54,410 nt of DNA from a virus (taxonomy: Duplodnaviria; Caudoviricetes): IMG/VR virus record IMGVR_UViG_3300005602_000004, positions 1 to 54,410 of that record; one strand, given 5' to 3'. Below are positions 8,980 to 17,526 of this stretch, piece after piece (the first letter of the stretch is position 1; each line of letters opens with the position of its first letter). A program made the translations under genes and the position numbers. The notes beneath the pieces were generated by a model, which saw only the letters and a program-made list of their open reading frames with translations, had not been told where the DNA came from and ran no database searches.

Positions 8980-9079
8980 AAGGCGAGGGCGGGTGGGTAG
9001 CGAGTGGACCAACGTGGAGGGTGGACGGTTTGCCAGCACCCTTCGGCGGGTCGGACAAGGCTTAGGCCGCCCTCGTTTT
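8980..9079 (+). ncRNA. candidate structured RNA (about 100-nt rod with internal loops)
   Basis: nested stems GGCGAGGGCGG/CCGCCCTCGTT, GACC/GGTC and GGAGGGTG/CACCCTTC; intergenic; followed by a T run. Confidence 0.45.
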
Positions 9080-9183
9080 TAAGCTTTCCAAGCGATATAG
9101 CCCAAAAGCAAAAGTTCGAGGATCATAGCGACCAGCATCGCTGCTCTGTACCACTTATCGATTAGAGTTTGCTTGTCAGCCAT
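9079..9183 (-). CDS. small single-pass membrane protein
   Basis: MADKQTLIDKWYRAAMLVAMILELLLLGYIAWKA. Confidence 0.5.
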   Translation of the reverse strand: MADKQTLIDKWYRAAMLVAMILELLLLGYIAWKA

Positions 9184-9254
9184 GTCAGTAGGAGGAGTAT
9201 CCCCGCGCTTACCAGTGTCACCCATGCCGGTTGTTGCCTCCCGGTACCCCGCAT
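9162..9254 (-). CDS. small membrane peptide (30 aa)
   Basis: MRGTGRQQPAWVTLVSAGILLLLTWLTSKL; start overlaps the upstream stop. Confidence 0.4.
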   Translation of the reverse strand: MRGTGRQQPAWVTLVSAGILLLLTWLTSKL

Positions 9255-9517
9255 CACTCGTCCAGTAGGGGAAAGTCGGTTCCGTTAGAAGTGAAAAAGT
9301 CACAGACTCCGGTCGAGGATACCCCGTCTTTGTCGGTCTCTTCATCTCGGAATATTTCGCAGGTGTGGAACTTGTCGATGACCCGCTCGAAAAAGTGCTG
9401 ACAATATCGGCATTGTTCTTTGCCATCGGCTTCCCGGTAATTGACCTCTTCGGCGTCGAACTTAACGGGACGCGATTCGATCAATCTTTCGTAGAAATTC
9501 TTGCTCACCGTTGCCAT
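9254..9517 (-). CDS. HiPIP-like Cys4 protein
   Basis: VNY...CRYCQHF...CEIF...V...GVCDFF pattern. Confidence 0.6.
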   Translation of the reverse strand: MATVSKNFYERLIESRPVKFDAEEVNYREADGKEQCRYCQHFFERVIDKFHTCEIFRDEETDKDGVSSTGVCDFFTSNGTDFPLLDE

Positions 9518-9839
9518 TGATTAACCTCGTGAATACCGGAGACGGAGTAAAAACGTGATCGATAATCGCTTCTCCGTAATGGCCAAGTACTGCATTGATC
9601 GATGCTTCGATATGTGGACCTAGTTCGATACTCGCTTCTCCGTAATGGCCAAGTACTGCATTGATCGATGCTTCGATATGTGGACCTAGTTCGATACTCG
9701 CATACTCACCAGTGTAGATTTCCGGAGGTGGAGGAGTCCAAATCTTGCTCCGGCCCATATCGAAAATCTTCCGGTTGGGATCAAACACAAACGGAGCGGC
9801 GGTCAGAAACGCCATGAACCTTCGTCGAGAGAGTTCCAT
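9462..9839 (-). CDS. twin-arginine-motif protein with an internal 22-aa duplication
   Basis: N-terminus MELSRRRFMAFL; ASIELGPHIEASINAVLGHYGE occurs twice. Confidence 0.65.
   Translation of the reverse strand: MELSRRRFMAFLTAAPFVFDPNRKIFDMGRSKIWTPPPPEIYTGEYASIELGPHIEASINAVLGHYGEASIELGPHIEASINAVLGHYGEAIIDHVFTPSPVFTRLINGNGEQEFLRKIDRIASR
9566..9701. repeat. perfect 66-bp tandem duplication
   Basis: 9566-9631 equals 9632-9697; in frame. Confidence 0.95.
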
Positions 9840-10241
9840 CTATTGAACCTCGGTGGGCGGCATCTCAATATCGGACGGTCTAGCCCGAGCCTTTGCTTCG
9901 AGAGCGGCAATCTCTTCTTCGGTTAGTTCCGGAACCGGAACAGCCGGTGCTCCGAACTTTCGGCCACACTTCCCGCAAAATCTATCGGATTTATCTCCGA
10001 TTTGTCCACATTCGCATTTCTGTGGAACGACCAGTTTTTCCCCGTCCGACCGGCAAAAGGAATCCCCGCTCCTTGGTTTCGTTGGGCATATCGGGCAAAT
10101 TAGCTCGTTCGATGAACCATTCCGTACCGGCTGGGTTGCACGCATAAGTTGCTGGACTTCTTTTCTACACAAGCAGCGGCATTGTGGATCGCGGCATTCC
10201 GCATGTTGGCCGCTAACACAAGACTCACAAAATCCCGGCAG
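9840..10241 (-). CDS. Cys-rich double zinc-ribbon protein, probable CTG start
   Basis: CPIC, FCRSDG, CECG, FCGKCG; frame is open upstream to AAGGAG-N7-CTG. Confidence 0.65.
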   Translation of the reverse strand: MPGFCESCVSGQHAECRDPQCRCLCRKEVQQLMRATQPVRNGSSNELICPICPTKPRSGDSFCRSDGEKLVVPQKCECGQIGDKSDRFCGKCGRKFGAPAVPVPELTEEEIAALEAKARARPSDIEMPPTEVQ

Positions 10242-10413
10242 GTTCGTTCTCCTTCCGGCCCCAGCGTTTCATGGCAGCGTGTCGAGCTTTGAGCCGATTC
10301 GCAGCAGACTTTGCCGGACTCGATACCCGGCCCCCTTTAGCACCCCGGCAAGAAAGGCATGGAAAGGGCCGATTATGCAATTCGCAAATTCCGTTACTAG
10401 TTGTACCCCTCAT
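10225..10413 (-). CDS. small basic protein, possibly DNA-binding
   Basis: GAKGGRVSSPAKSAANR..A motif; ATG lies 8 nt after a -10 box. Confidence 0.6.
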   Translation of the reverse strand: MRGTTSNGICELHNRPFPCLSCRGAKGGRVSSPAKSAANRLKARHAAMKRWGRKENEPAGIL

Positions 10414-10421
10414 GCCCAAGC

Positions 10422-10450
10422 ACGATACACGAAACATTTGACAGAGTCAA
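10422..10450 (-). promoter_or_regulatory. sigma70-type promoter, leftward and near-leaderless
   Basis: TTGACT-N17-TATCGT. Confidence 0.65.
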
Positions 10451-10466
10451 TGCCCAAGCGTATGGT
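10438..10466 (+). promoter_or_regulatory. sigma70-type promoter, rightward and leaderless, heading the packaging operon
   Basis: TTGACA-N17-TATGGT-N7-ATG. Confidence 0.7.
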
Positions 10467-10473
10467 GCTCTCG

Positions 10474-10734
10474 ATGGCCACCTTGCCGACCTGTGGAAAT
10501 TTCCTAGCTGGAACGTGCGAACGATCTGATGTCTACGTCTCGAAGGAGACGGACACTGCTTTTGTGATTGCCTGCCGGACGTGCGCCTCGGTGAACGTGT
10601 GGCCGAAAGACAAAAACGAATCTGCCGGGAAATACGAAGCATACCTTCGCCATCAAGCCGCCCGAGAAGCGCAGTACCAGTACGATTCAAGCCGACCAGC
10701 GTACTCGTTTCTGACCAGTGGAGATAAGACATGA
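10474..10734 (+). CDS. hypothetical Cys-containing protein
   Basis: C-terminal part of ORF 9853-10734; start placed at the promoter-proximal ATG. Confidence 0.6.
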   Translation: MATLPTCGNFLAGTCERSDVYVSKETDTAFVIACRTCASVNVWPKDKNESAGKYEAYLRHQAAREAQYQYDSSRPAYSFLTSGDKT

Positions 10735-11261
10735 TGACCGCCGAGGCCCGAGCCTTGCAATCCGCGAAGATGAAGGAAGCATGGATTAAGCGCAAGGCTC
10801 TAAAGCAGGAAGTTCCCGCCGATCCGGGGATTCGGGAGGCGATGGCAAAGGTTCCGATGAATGCGGTAACACCAGCGGCATTGCCGACACCTACTCCACC
10901 TCCCCCGGAATCCGACACGCTCGATCAGAGCCACATCATCATCGAAGTCGATTGGGACCATCTCCCGATGTCCGAAGCGCAGCAGTTTTACGCTCACCTG
11001 AAAGAGAACTTCGAGCGGGCCGGTAAAATCCTGAATGCCCGGTCGATGGAACGAACTTCCGGATATACCTGCTTCATGTGTCACAAACACTTCCAAGGGA
11101 ATCCCGGTTTCACCGACCACAGCTACATCGATCCCGCAACTGGCCTATCCCCCCGAGTGGATTGCTGTGGCGAACTCTGTGTGATCAACTATAATTCCTT
11201 CCGAATCAACGAACGGCACCAACGGCAACTCGCCCAAGCTGCCGCCCAACGAAATGGCTAA
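10731..11261 (+). CDS. hypothetical protein upstream of TerL (positional TerS candidate)
   Basis: overlaps both neighbours; CxxC...CC..LC; no TerS motif recognised. Confidence 0.6.
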   Translation: MMTAEARALQSAKMKEAWIKRKALKQEVPADPGIREAMAKVPMNAVTPAALPTPTPPPPESDTLDQSHIIIEVDWDHLPMSEAQQFYAHLKENFERAGKILNARSMERTSGYTCFMCHKHFQGNPGFTDHSYIDPATGLSPRVDCCGELCVINYNSFRINERHQRQLAQAAAQRNG

Positions 11262-13044
11262 ACATAACGATCCGGTCTGGATGGATCGCTCCCGCCAGTT
11301 ACTCGCTCGCCTGCCGATTAAATCAAGGGAACATAATCAGATGACGCCTTTCAGCTTCTTTCCGAGTCAGGAAAGAAGATTCCAAAGGATGCGGGAGCAA
11401 TGGCGTCGAGAAGGGCACATTCGGATCATTGATCTGAAGAGTCGGCGTGTGGGATTTTCGAGTCAGACCGAAGGAATTTTTTGGTGCAGGGGACTGGGAT
11501 TCTCCAATATGAACATGAAGATCGTCGCCCATCTTACGACGAGCGCCGAGGAACTGTTTCGTGTTCCAGGCGATCTATCCAGAGGATTCCCAAACTTCCC
11601 GCTCGAAGACATCCAGCAAAAGAAAATCTATTTCCGGCATCCGAGTGGAGATAGCCATTTGACGGTTGCGACCGCTGGCACTCCATCGGCGGGGCGCGGG
11701 GGAACGCTCTCCGCGCTTCATCTTTCTGAAGCAGCTTCCTATCCGGATGACGAAATTTTCACGGCCATGATTTCGTCCGTGTCGAAGGGTCCAGGAAGCA
11801 TGATTATCATTGAATCGACGGCCAATGGCCGGGAAGGTCCGGGGGCGGCGTTTGCCGAATACTGGGATGAAGCGGTAGCGGGTCGAAATGGGTACATCCC
11901 CAACTTCGCATCGTGGCTCGAAGACCCGGCCTTCATTCGTCCGGAAGAAGAGGCGGAAGACGCTCCTCGGGACGACCTCGAAAAAGAGTTGATGAAGGCT
12001 CCATTCAATGCGACTCGGGAGCAAATCGCATGGATGCGTCGAACGAAAGCCGATGACTGCCGGAACATCGAGTCAAAATTCCTGCAAGACTTTCCGCACA
12101 CGCCCTCGGTAGCCTTTCAAGTATCGGGATACCCGGCTTTCCCGAGGGAGGAGCTTGCGTATGCGGAAAGCACGGTCAAACCACCGATCTGTCGAGGGTC
12201 TTTTCAGCGTATGGCTGGGAGTTCGGCTTTTAAGTTCATCGAGGACGATAACGGTCCTGTCCATATGTGGAAGAAGCCCGTCAACGAAAAAAATCGTCCA
12301 GATGGATTGCATTACTACATCGGAGCGGATGCTGCGCTTGGAACTGAAGAGGGTGATTTCTGCGCTTACGCGTGTATTTGTGGAGAGACCGGCGAACTCG
12401 CTTGCCGTTTTGCTGAACGAATTGCCCCCGAAGTCCTGGCGAATCAACTCGATATGTGCGGACAGTACTACAATCGAGCAATGGTAAATCCGGAATTGAC
12501 AGGGAATCTCGGGAGGTGGGCGCTTGTCAAGCTACGCGACGTATACCGATACCCGAACATCTACACTTGGAAAGGGCGAGACGACCGGAAAAAGGGTAAG
12601 AGCCGTAGTATTGCCCTTGGCTTCGAAATGACGCAGGCGACACGCCGATTAATCGTGGATGCGGCTCGAAGCGGCATTCGCATGGGGCTAAAGGCTGAAC
12701 CCGGAGCACTCGTCATCAATGATCGAGCGTTGATGGACCAACTCGGGATGATGACGGTGAAGGAATGGCGGTGGGACATTCTTCGGGGGCACGACGATAT
12801 TGCCGTAGCCTGGATGATTGCGGCTTTAACCCGTGAGCAGTATCCTCCCCCTCGAATGAAGTACGCACCAAAAAACTTAATGGACCCACAGAATCCAAAG
12901 GAAATATTGGCTGGATTGCCGCTCAAGGAAGAGATTGGACCGATGATCCAGCGAGAAATGAGACAATTTATGAATCAAGCCAAAACGCCTGCTCCGGGTA
13001 GTCGCGTACGGTGGAGCACAAGGGCACGACTGGCGGGAATATGA
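11254..13044 (+). CDS. terL: terminase large subunit
   Basis: Walker A LKSRRVGFS, Walker B LHLSEAA, coupling motif IESTANG, nuclease motifs YIGAD and HDD. Confidence 0.95.
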   Translation: MAKHNDPVWMDRSRQLLARLPIKSREHNQMTPFSFFPSQERRFQRMREQWRREGHIRIIDLKSRRVGFSSQTEGIFWCRGLGFSNMNMKIVAHLTTSAEELFRVPGDLSRGFPNFPLEDIQQKKIYFRHPSGDSHLTVATAGTPSAGRGGTLSALHLSEAASYPDDEIFTAMISSVSKGPGSMIIIESTANGREGPGAAFAEYWDEAVAGRNGYIPNFASWLEDPAFIRPEEEAEDAPRDDLEKELMKAPFNATREQIAWMRRTKADDCRNIESKFLQDFPHTPSVAFQVSGYPAFPREELAYAESTVKPPICRGSFQRMAGSSAFKFIEDDNGPVHMWKKPVNEKNRPDGLHYYIGADAALGTEEGDFCAYACICGETGELACRFAERIAPEVLANQLDMCGQYYNRAMVNPELTGNLGRWALVKLRDVYRYPNIYTWKGRDDRKKGKSRSIALGFEMTQATRRLIVDAARSGIRMGLKAEPGALVINDRALMDQLGMMTVKEWRWDILRGHDDIAVAWMIAALTREQYPPPRMKYAPKNLMDPQNPKEILAGLPLKEEIGPMIQREMRQFMNQAKTPAPGSRVRWSTRARLAGI

Positions 13045-13457
13045 GCGCCTACAACCGTGGGGAATTGAGTCTAGAGGCGTATTTGGTCCGTATTCTGGCC
13101 GCTCTATGTCGGCAAAATGGAGGGGAACTTCGGATCAAAGGGGAACTCGTCGATGCGATCAATGAGCCGACCACGCTCCTGAAGGACTGGGATTCAAAAA
13201 CTCAGGAACTCGTCCTTCGCACCCACATGGGCAGTTTTGGGGAAGTTTTCCGTGTTGTGCCGGAGAAGCAGCCGACCAAAGAAGTGATTGCCGCCGATCC
13301 GATCAAGAAGTCCGAAGACCTGCCCCTTTTTACACAGAAGGGGTCCACACTTGATGACGAAAAGCTAAAAAAGCTAGAAACGGACTTGACTCGAAGACGT
13401 GTCGCAGCAATGATAACCGAAGATTTGAAGCGGCGTCGGGGCCAGCCGGAGGCATGA
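13041..13457 (+). CDS. hypothetical protein
   Basis: ATGA overlap with terL. Confidence 0.7.
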   Translation: MSAYNRGELSLEAYLVRILAALCRQNGGELRIKGELVDAINEPTTLLKDWDSKTQELVLRTHMGSFGEVFRVVPEKQPTKEVIAADPIKKSEDLPLFTQKGSTLDDEKLKKLETDLTRRRVAAMITEDLKRRRGQPEA

Positions 13458-13458
13458 A

Positions 13459-13689
13459 ATGGAACAAGTTGTATTACGGACGATGCTTCTGACTTTCCAT
13501 CCCGACACGCTCGAATTGGACATCGATGCTCCGGATATGACCCTCGATTTTGGCATTGCCCTTCTCCAGCGGGCCAAGCACCTCCTCGAATTCCAGGAAA
13601 AACTTCTTTTAGCGAAACTGGTTCGAGAGCAGGATGTAGCAAATGAGATTCGGACGAATGATGTGATACGGAAGCTGAAACTCCAATGA
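13459..13689 (+). CDS. hypothetical protein
   Basis: SD GGAGG; tightly packed in the operon. Confidence 0.65.
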   Translation: MEQVVLRTMLLTFHPDTLELDIDAPDMTLDFGIALLQRAKHLLEFQEKLLLAKLVREQDVANEIRTNDVIRKLKLQ

Positions 13690-13988
13690 GTGAAGATACG
13701 CCCAAAACGATCTTCGACCAAATCTGGAAGCAGTTCGCCGCTGACCGGAAAGATGGTAGGGCTGCCGCTGCCGTGAAATTGCAACGGGCGCTTGCCGAAC
13801 ACGCTTCCGATCTCGTTCCATCCTACGCGACGGCGAAGGAATTCATGTCGATGGTATTCGATTGCGAGCAGTTCACGAAAGAAGACAAGCAGGGGGATAC
13901 CGGCGATCCGTTGACGAATATCAGCGATTGGATCAGCGGAAAGAAAGACTTCTCCCGAATCTCGATGATTAAGGAGCGGACGCACTGA
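13686..13988 (+). CDS. hypothetical protein
   Basis: ATGA overlap with the upstream gene. Confidence 0.65.
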   Translation: MSEDTPKTIFDQIWKQFAADRKDGRAAAAVKLQRALAEHASDLVPSYATAKEFMSMVFDCEQFTKEDKQGDTGDPLTNISDWISGKKDFSRISMIKERTH

Positions 13989-14155
13989 TGCAGCCACAGT
14001 GTCCGTACTGCCAGCGTCCAATGCAACTGAACACGGCGTCAAGCACCGAAACGCAGCGGCAGTTTATTTGCGGATGCCGGGGATTCGTGTACTACGTGAA
14101 CGTCCCAAATTGGAAGCCTCCGCTCGAATTGAGAGGGAAACGTCATGGAGCGTAG
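13988..14155 (+). CDS. small Zn-ribbon protein (55 aa, not in the ORF track)
   Basis: MQPQCPYCQRPM...FICGCRG; SD AAGGAG; TGATG overlap. Confidence 0.55.
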   Translation: MQPQCPYCQRPMQLNTASSTETQRQFICGCRGFVYYVNVPNWKPPLELRGKRHGA

Positions 14156-14426
14156 AAAGCTACTCCAAGCACTGACCGCGCTACCGGCGATGGTGATAGC
14201 AGGTAAAGATGGCAACCCGGTCGGAGTGAAGTATGAGACCACACCGGATAAGCGATACGTCGTATTCCTGAATGCACGAATGGTAGATGTAACGGATTTT
14301 TGCGCTCCACCTTCTGAATCATGCCCTGCCGCACATACACTTCCTCCGGGAACTGTTGTCCATTGTGTCTATGTGAGTAAAGATGAATCAATGGACGAAA
14401 TCATCCGTATCTACGAGGTCGGATAG
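14145..14426 (+). CDS. hypothetical protein with twin-arginine-like N-terminus
   Basis: MERRKLLQALTALPAMVIAG. Confidence 0.6.
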   Translation: MERRKLLQALTALPAMVIAGKDGNPVGVKYETTPDKRYVVFLNARMVDVTDFCAPPSESCPAAHTLPPGTVVHCVYVSKDESMDEIIRIYEVG

Positions 14427-16162
14427 TGTCCGTCACCTACGTCCAAGCGCCATTCATCGTCACCGAGGAGAAGAAAACTGTCGCTTTTACCGGAGATAAG
14501 AAAATATCGAAGCAACTCGATGAATTGCAGCGCATGTCGAAAAACGAACGGGAAAATAAGCAGGGAAGCAACCACTCCGATGAAATGCGGCAGTACTACA
14601 ACCTGAATTACTATCCATCGGTATCGACTCCCGCTTTCCGTCCCCGTGTCATTCTTCCCGAAGCGCAATTCCTGATGTGCTGTGAAGCGACCGAGCTAAC
14701 GAACGATACGCCCAAAGTTTACATCAGCGTGAATGGGAAGGCCGACGAGCAACGGGAGAAGGCATTCAACGCAGCATGGCGTCTCGGGATGTTCAATAAC
14801 CGGCTCTTTGACGGTGTTTTCTGGTCGCAATTCGTCAATCCATCCTTCATGCAGGTTGGCTGGAATCCCGACGCTCGAAACGGGAAGGGAATGGTTTGGA
14901 TCGCTGCCGACGATCCCGACACTATTTTCCCCGATCCGCACGCCAAGGATGACAAAACTTGGTCTTATGTCGTGAAGGAAAAGTACCTGTATGTCGATGA
15001 AATTAGGCGTATTTTCCCGGAAAAGGGGAAGTACGTCAAGATCGGCGGAGGGTACGACGATTACGAAGAGAATGAGATGGAAGGCTCCCATTTCGATCTT
15101 GGAATGGAACTTCCTCCTGGACCGCTTCGGATCGATGCCCCTCAAGGTTTCGAACATCAAAGGAACGGCCCTCGGGTACGCATCCGGTACGTATGGGTCA
15201 AGGATTATGCTCGGGATCGGGTGAAAGAGATCGCGGGACGAGAGGCCGGAGAAGGTTTCGAACTAGTAGTCCAGCCACGATTTAAGTGGAGGTATCCGAA
15301 CGGTCGATTCATCGTCGAGTGCAATGGGATTATTCTGGCTGATGGACCGAATTTCATGCCCCGATTGCCGGAGGATGATTTCGGTACTTTCCCGTTTATC
15401 GGCTTGTGGTCCATGCCGCACCTCGATTCGATGTACGGACCTCCCCCGATTCGGTACGTGAAGTCTCCACAGGACATTGCCGAGCGAATGTATACCCAGC
15501 TTATCGAGAACATGATCCGAACGAACAATGTGCAGTGCTGGATTCCTCGGGATGCGAATATCGACATCGATGCTTACGGCGGGTTGCCAGGAGAAGTGCA
15601 GGTTTACGACGGCGACAAGCCTCCGACCATGAGTTCGCCGCCACAGATTCCGCAGCATATGACACAGATACCGGAACTATTGCTGCAAAAAGTGGCGCGG
15701 TATTCGGGGACAACCCCTGAACGGCAGGGGCAGGCGGGTGGGGGAAACATTTCACCGGAACTGTTTGACGCTGCTGTATTTCAGGGTCAGACATTCGTTC
15801 GGATGAAAGCCCGCCTTCTTGCCGAATCGTATCAGCGGTTAGCACGACTCGTTTTTTACACAATGGCCCGGTTCAAGCGGAACGAAGATATGCTGATGCC
15901 CGAGCGCCGGAAGCAGAAATCATGTTCATGGTTGCCACTTCCCGATGGGGCGGAATGCGATCTCGAACTCGATTCAGTTTCATTACAGGCAGTTTCAAGC
16001 TCGATGATGAAGAATCTCGTTCTTTCGCTCTCGAAGACGGGCGCGTTGCCGCCGAAGTTTATCTTCGAGACGATGGGTTTCCCGCAAGCCGACCAATTGG
16101 CAGAAGATGCGCAAAATGCACAAGCATTAGCCGCGATTTCGAAATTGCGCCGTCCCCGGTAG
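14426..16162 (+). CDS. portal protein
   Basis: 578 aa, located between terL and the scaffold/capsid genes; DP..FPDP.A and FPF...W....S.YG motifs typical of podoviral portals. Confidence 0.85.
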   Translation: MSVTYVQAPFIVTEEKKTVAFTGDKKISKQLDELQRMSKNERENKQGSNHSDEMRQYYNLNYYPSVSTPAFRPRVILPEAQFLMCCEATELTNDTPKVYISVNGKADEQREKAFNAAWRLGMFNNRLFDGVFWSQFVNPSFMQVGWNPDARNGKGMVWIAADDPDTIFPDPHAKDDKTWSYVVKEKYLYVDEIRRIFPEKGKYVKIGGGYDDYEENEMEGSHFDLGMELPPGPLRIDAPQGFEHQRNGPRVRIRYVWVKDYARDRVKEIAGREAGEGFELVVQPRFKWRYPNGRFIVECNGIILADGPNFMPRLPEDDFGTFPFIGLWSMPHLDSMYGPPPIRYVKSPQDIAERMYTQLIENMIRTNNVQCWIPRDANIDIDAYGGLPGEVQVYDGDKPPTMSSPPQIPQHMTQIPELLLQKVARYSGTTPERQGQAGGGNISPELFDAAVFQGQTFVRMKARLLAESYQRLARLVFYTMARFKRNEDMLMPERRKQKSCSWLPLPDGAECDLELDSVSLQAVSSSMMKNLVLSLSKTGALPPKFIFETMGFPQADQLAEDAQNAQALAAISKLRRPR

Positions 16163-16164
16163 CC

Positions 16165-16767
16165 ATGAACGCAGAAGAAAAACGCGCTAAACATACAGCT
16201 TATATGCGCGAATGGTATAAGCGTAAGCCGGGTTATAAATCTTCCGCTGATAGAAAATATCGTGAAAAATACAGAGAGAAGCTCAATGAATACGACAGAA
16301 AAAGGAGTCAATTTGATGCCGTGCGAATAGCAAACAGAAAAAGGTATAACGATACATATTTAGAGCTTCGCAAGGTGCCGGGTCCTGTCCGAGAAAAACA
16401 TCTAGCCTATTGCAAATCGTACTACGAGAAAAATAAGGATTATTACCGCCAGAAAGAGAAGGCTAGGAGGGCCAGATATACAGAACAGCAATGGCATGCA
16501 TTGCAGAGGCGGTACGGCCTAAAACATAGGCACAAACTGACTCCCGAACAGCGAGACGAAATGCTTCTGGCTCAAGGGGGTGTGTGCGCCATTTGTGGAG
16601 GTCCACCAACTGGACGGCAAAAGCGTTTTCATGTTGACCATGACCACAATACCGGCGTTCGTCGCGGACTCTTATGTTCGGCTTGCAATTTTGCAATGGC
16701 GCGGGTAGATCATTGCCCTGGCTGGTTACTAGCTGCTGCAAAATATCGACTGCGAGGCAAGCGGTGA
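16165..16767 (+). CDS. endonuclease VII-family homing endonuclease
   Basis: QGGVCAICG...HVDHDH.TG.RRGLLCSACN; basic repetitive N-terminus. Confidence 0.9.
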   Translation: MNAEEKRAKHTAYMREWYKRKPGYKSSADRKYREKYREKLNEYDRKRSQFDAVRIANRKRYNDTYLELRKVPGPVREKHLAYCKSYYEKNKDYYRQKEKARRARYTEQQWHALQRRYGLKHRHKLTPEQRDEMLLAQGGVCAICGGPPTGRQKRFHVDHDHNTGVRRGLLCSACNFAMARVDHCPGWLLAAAKYRLRGKR

Positions 16768-16937
16768 ACCAGCAAGGTCAATGGGTTCGAGTCGGCGATG
16801 CTGCGAGATATTACCAGACCACGACGCAGACTATTCGAAATTGGTGCAAAATAGGGCTGCTTGTACGTGTCGGCTGCCGAGTAATGCGTGATCCAAAGGG
16901 TCGATGGCGCATTCAACTCCCCGAAAGAATAAACTAA
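16764..16937 (+). CDS. small MerR/excisionase-like HTH protein
   Basis: VGDAARYYQTTTQTIRNWCKIG...GRWRI; GTGA overlap. Confidence 0.7.
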   Translation: MNQQGQWVRVGDAARYYQTTTQTIRNWCKIGLLVRVGCRVMRDPKGRWRIQLPERIN

Positions 16938-16977
16938 AAAATGCAAAATAGGCAAAGCGCAAGATTGACGTATCCGT

Positions 16978-17229
16978 GTGTCTACCCGCACTCTGTTTCG
17001 CGTGCAACATAAGTTCGAATTAATTCATCTCAGCGAGCACACGCATCCAGGGTATCTCACTCCGATCTATCTCGTTCAATTTGCCATCGATGGTCAAGTA
17101 GCTCCTCCTTTTTGGTCAACGAAGGCTGATCGTGTGCAAAGCGGAGAAGATGCATGGTTCGATGGGTTGAAATTGCAAGCCGAAGGCGCTCTTGCCGAAT
17201 GTGGCCCTTCGAAGGCTTTGACGAACTAG
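16978..17229 (+). CDS. hypothetical protein
   Basis: 83-aa ORF in operon orientation. Confidence 0.55.
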   Translation: MSTRTLFRVQHKFELIHLSEHTHPGYLTPIYLVQFAIDGQVAPPFWSTKADRVQSGEDAWFDGLKLQAEGALAECGPSKALTN

Positions 17230-17241
17230 GAGATTCATTTT

Positions 17242-17328
17242 ATGGCGCGAGGACGTAAAGCACGCGGCTCCATGAATACAAAAATGGCCGGACGGCACCC
17301 TGGAAGCAGGAAGGCTGGACGGTACTAA
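17242..17328 (+). CDS. small basic peptide (28 aa)
   Basis: MARGRKARGSMNTKMAGRHPGSRKAGRY; SD AGGAG. Confidence 0.6.
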   Translation: MARGRKARGSMNTKMAGRHPGSRKAGRY

Positions 17329-17397
17329 TTTTTGTAAATCTATCCGGGGGTCTCTCCGCATTTCGCGGATGCCCGGAAAACGAGAGGAGACACCAAT

Positions 17398-17436
17398 ATG
17401 GCTCGACGTAGGGGTCGGCACTCGAAGCGTAAGTAG
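17398..17436 (+). CDS. protamine-like 12-aa peptide
   Basis: MARRRGRHSKRK; SD GAGGAG at normal spacing. Confidence 0.55.
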   Translation: MARRRGRHSKRK

Positions 17437-17471
17437 TTGCGCTGAGAGAACAGAAGCGTGGAAGGCACTGC

Positions 17472-17511
17472 TGGAGGCGGGACACTGGCCGGTTCCCTTT
17501 GTCCCGCCTTT
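17472..17511 (+). terminator. hairpin, possible terminator or processing site
   Basis: GGAGGCGGGACA/TGTCCCGCCTTT. Confidence 0.4.
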
Positions 17512-17526
17512 CGCACGGAGGAAGAA

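Noticed and set aside
8980-9079. SRP RNA or tRNA
   Set aside because: No SRP helix-8 motif (CAGG...GNRA...AGCA), and no cloverleaf or T-loop.
9853-10473. N-terminal 207 aa of the 293-aa ORF
   Set aside because: It overlaps convincing minus-strand genes, and a promoter points to ATG 10474 as the start.
16764-16937. Excisionase implying lysogeny
   Set aside because: The HTH gene lies in the head operon with no integrase; a packaging or regulatory role is at least as likely.
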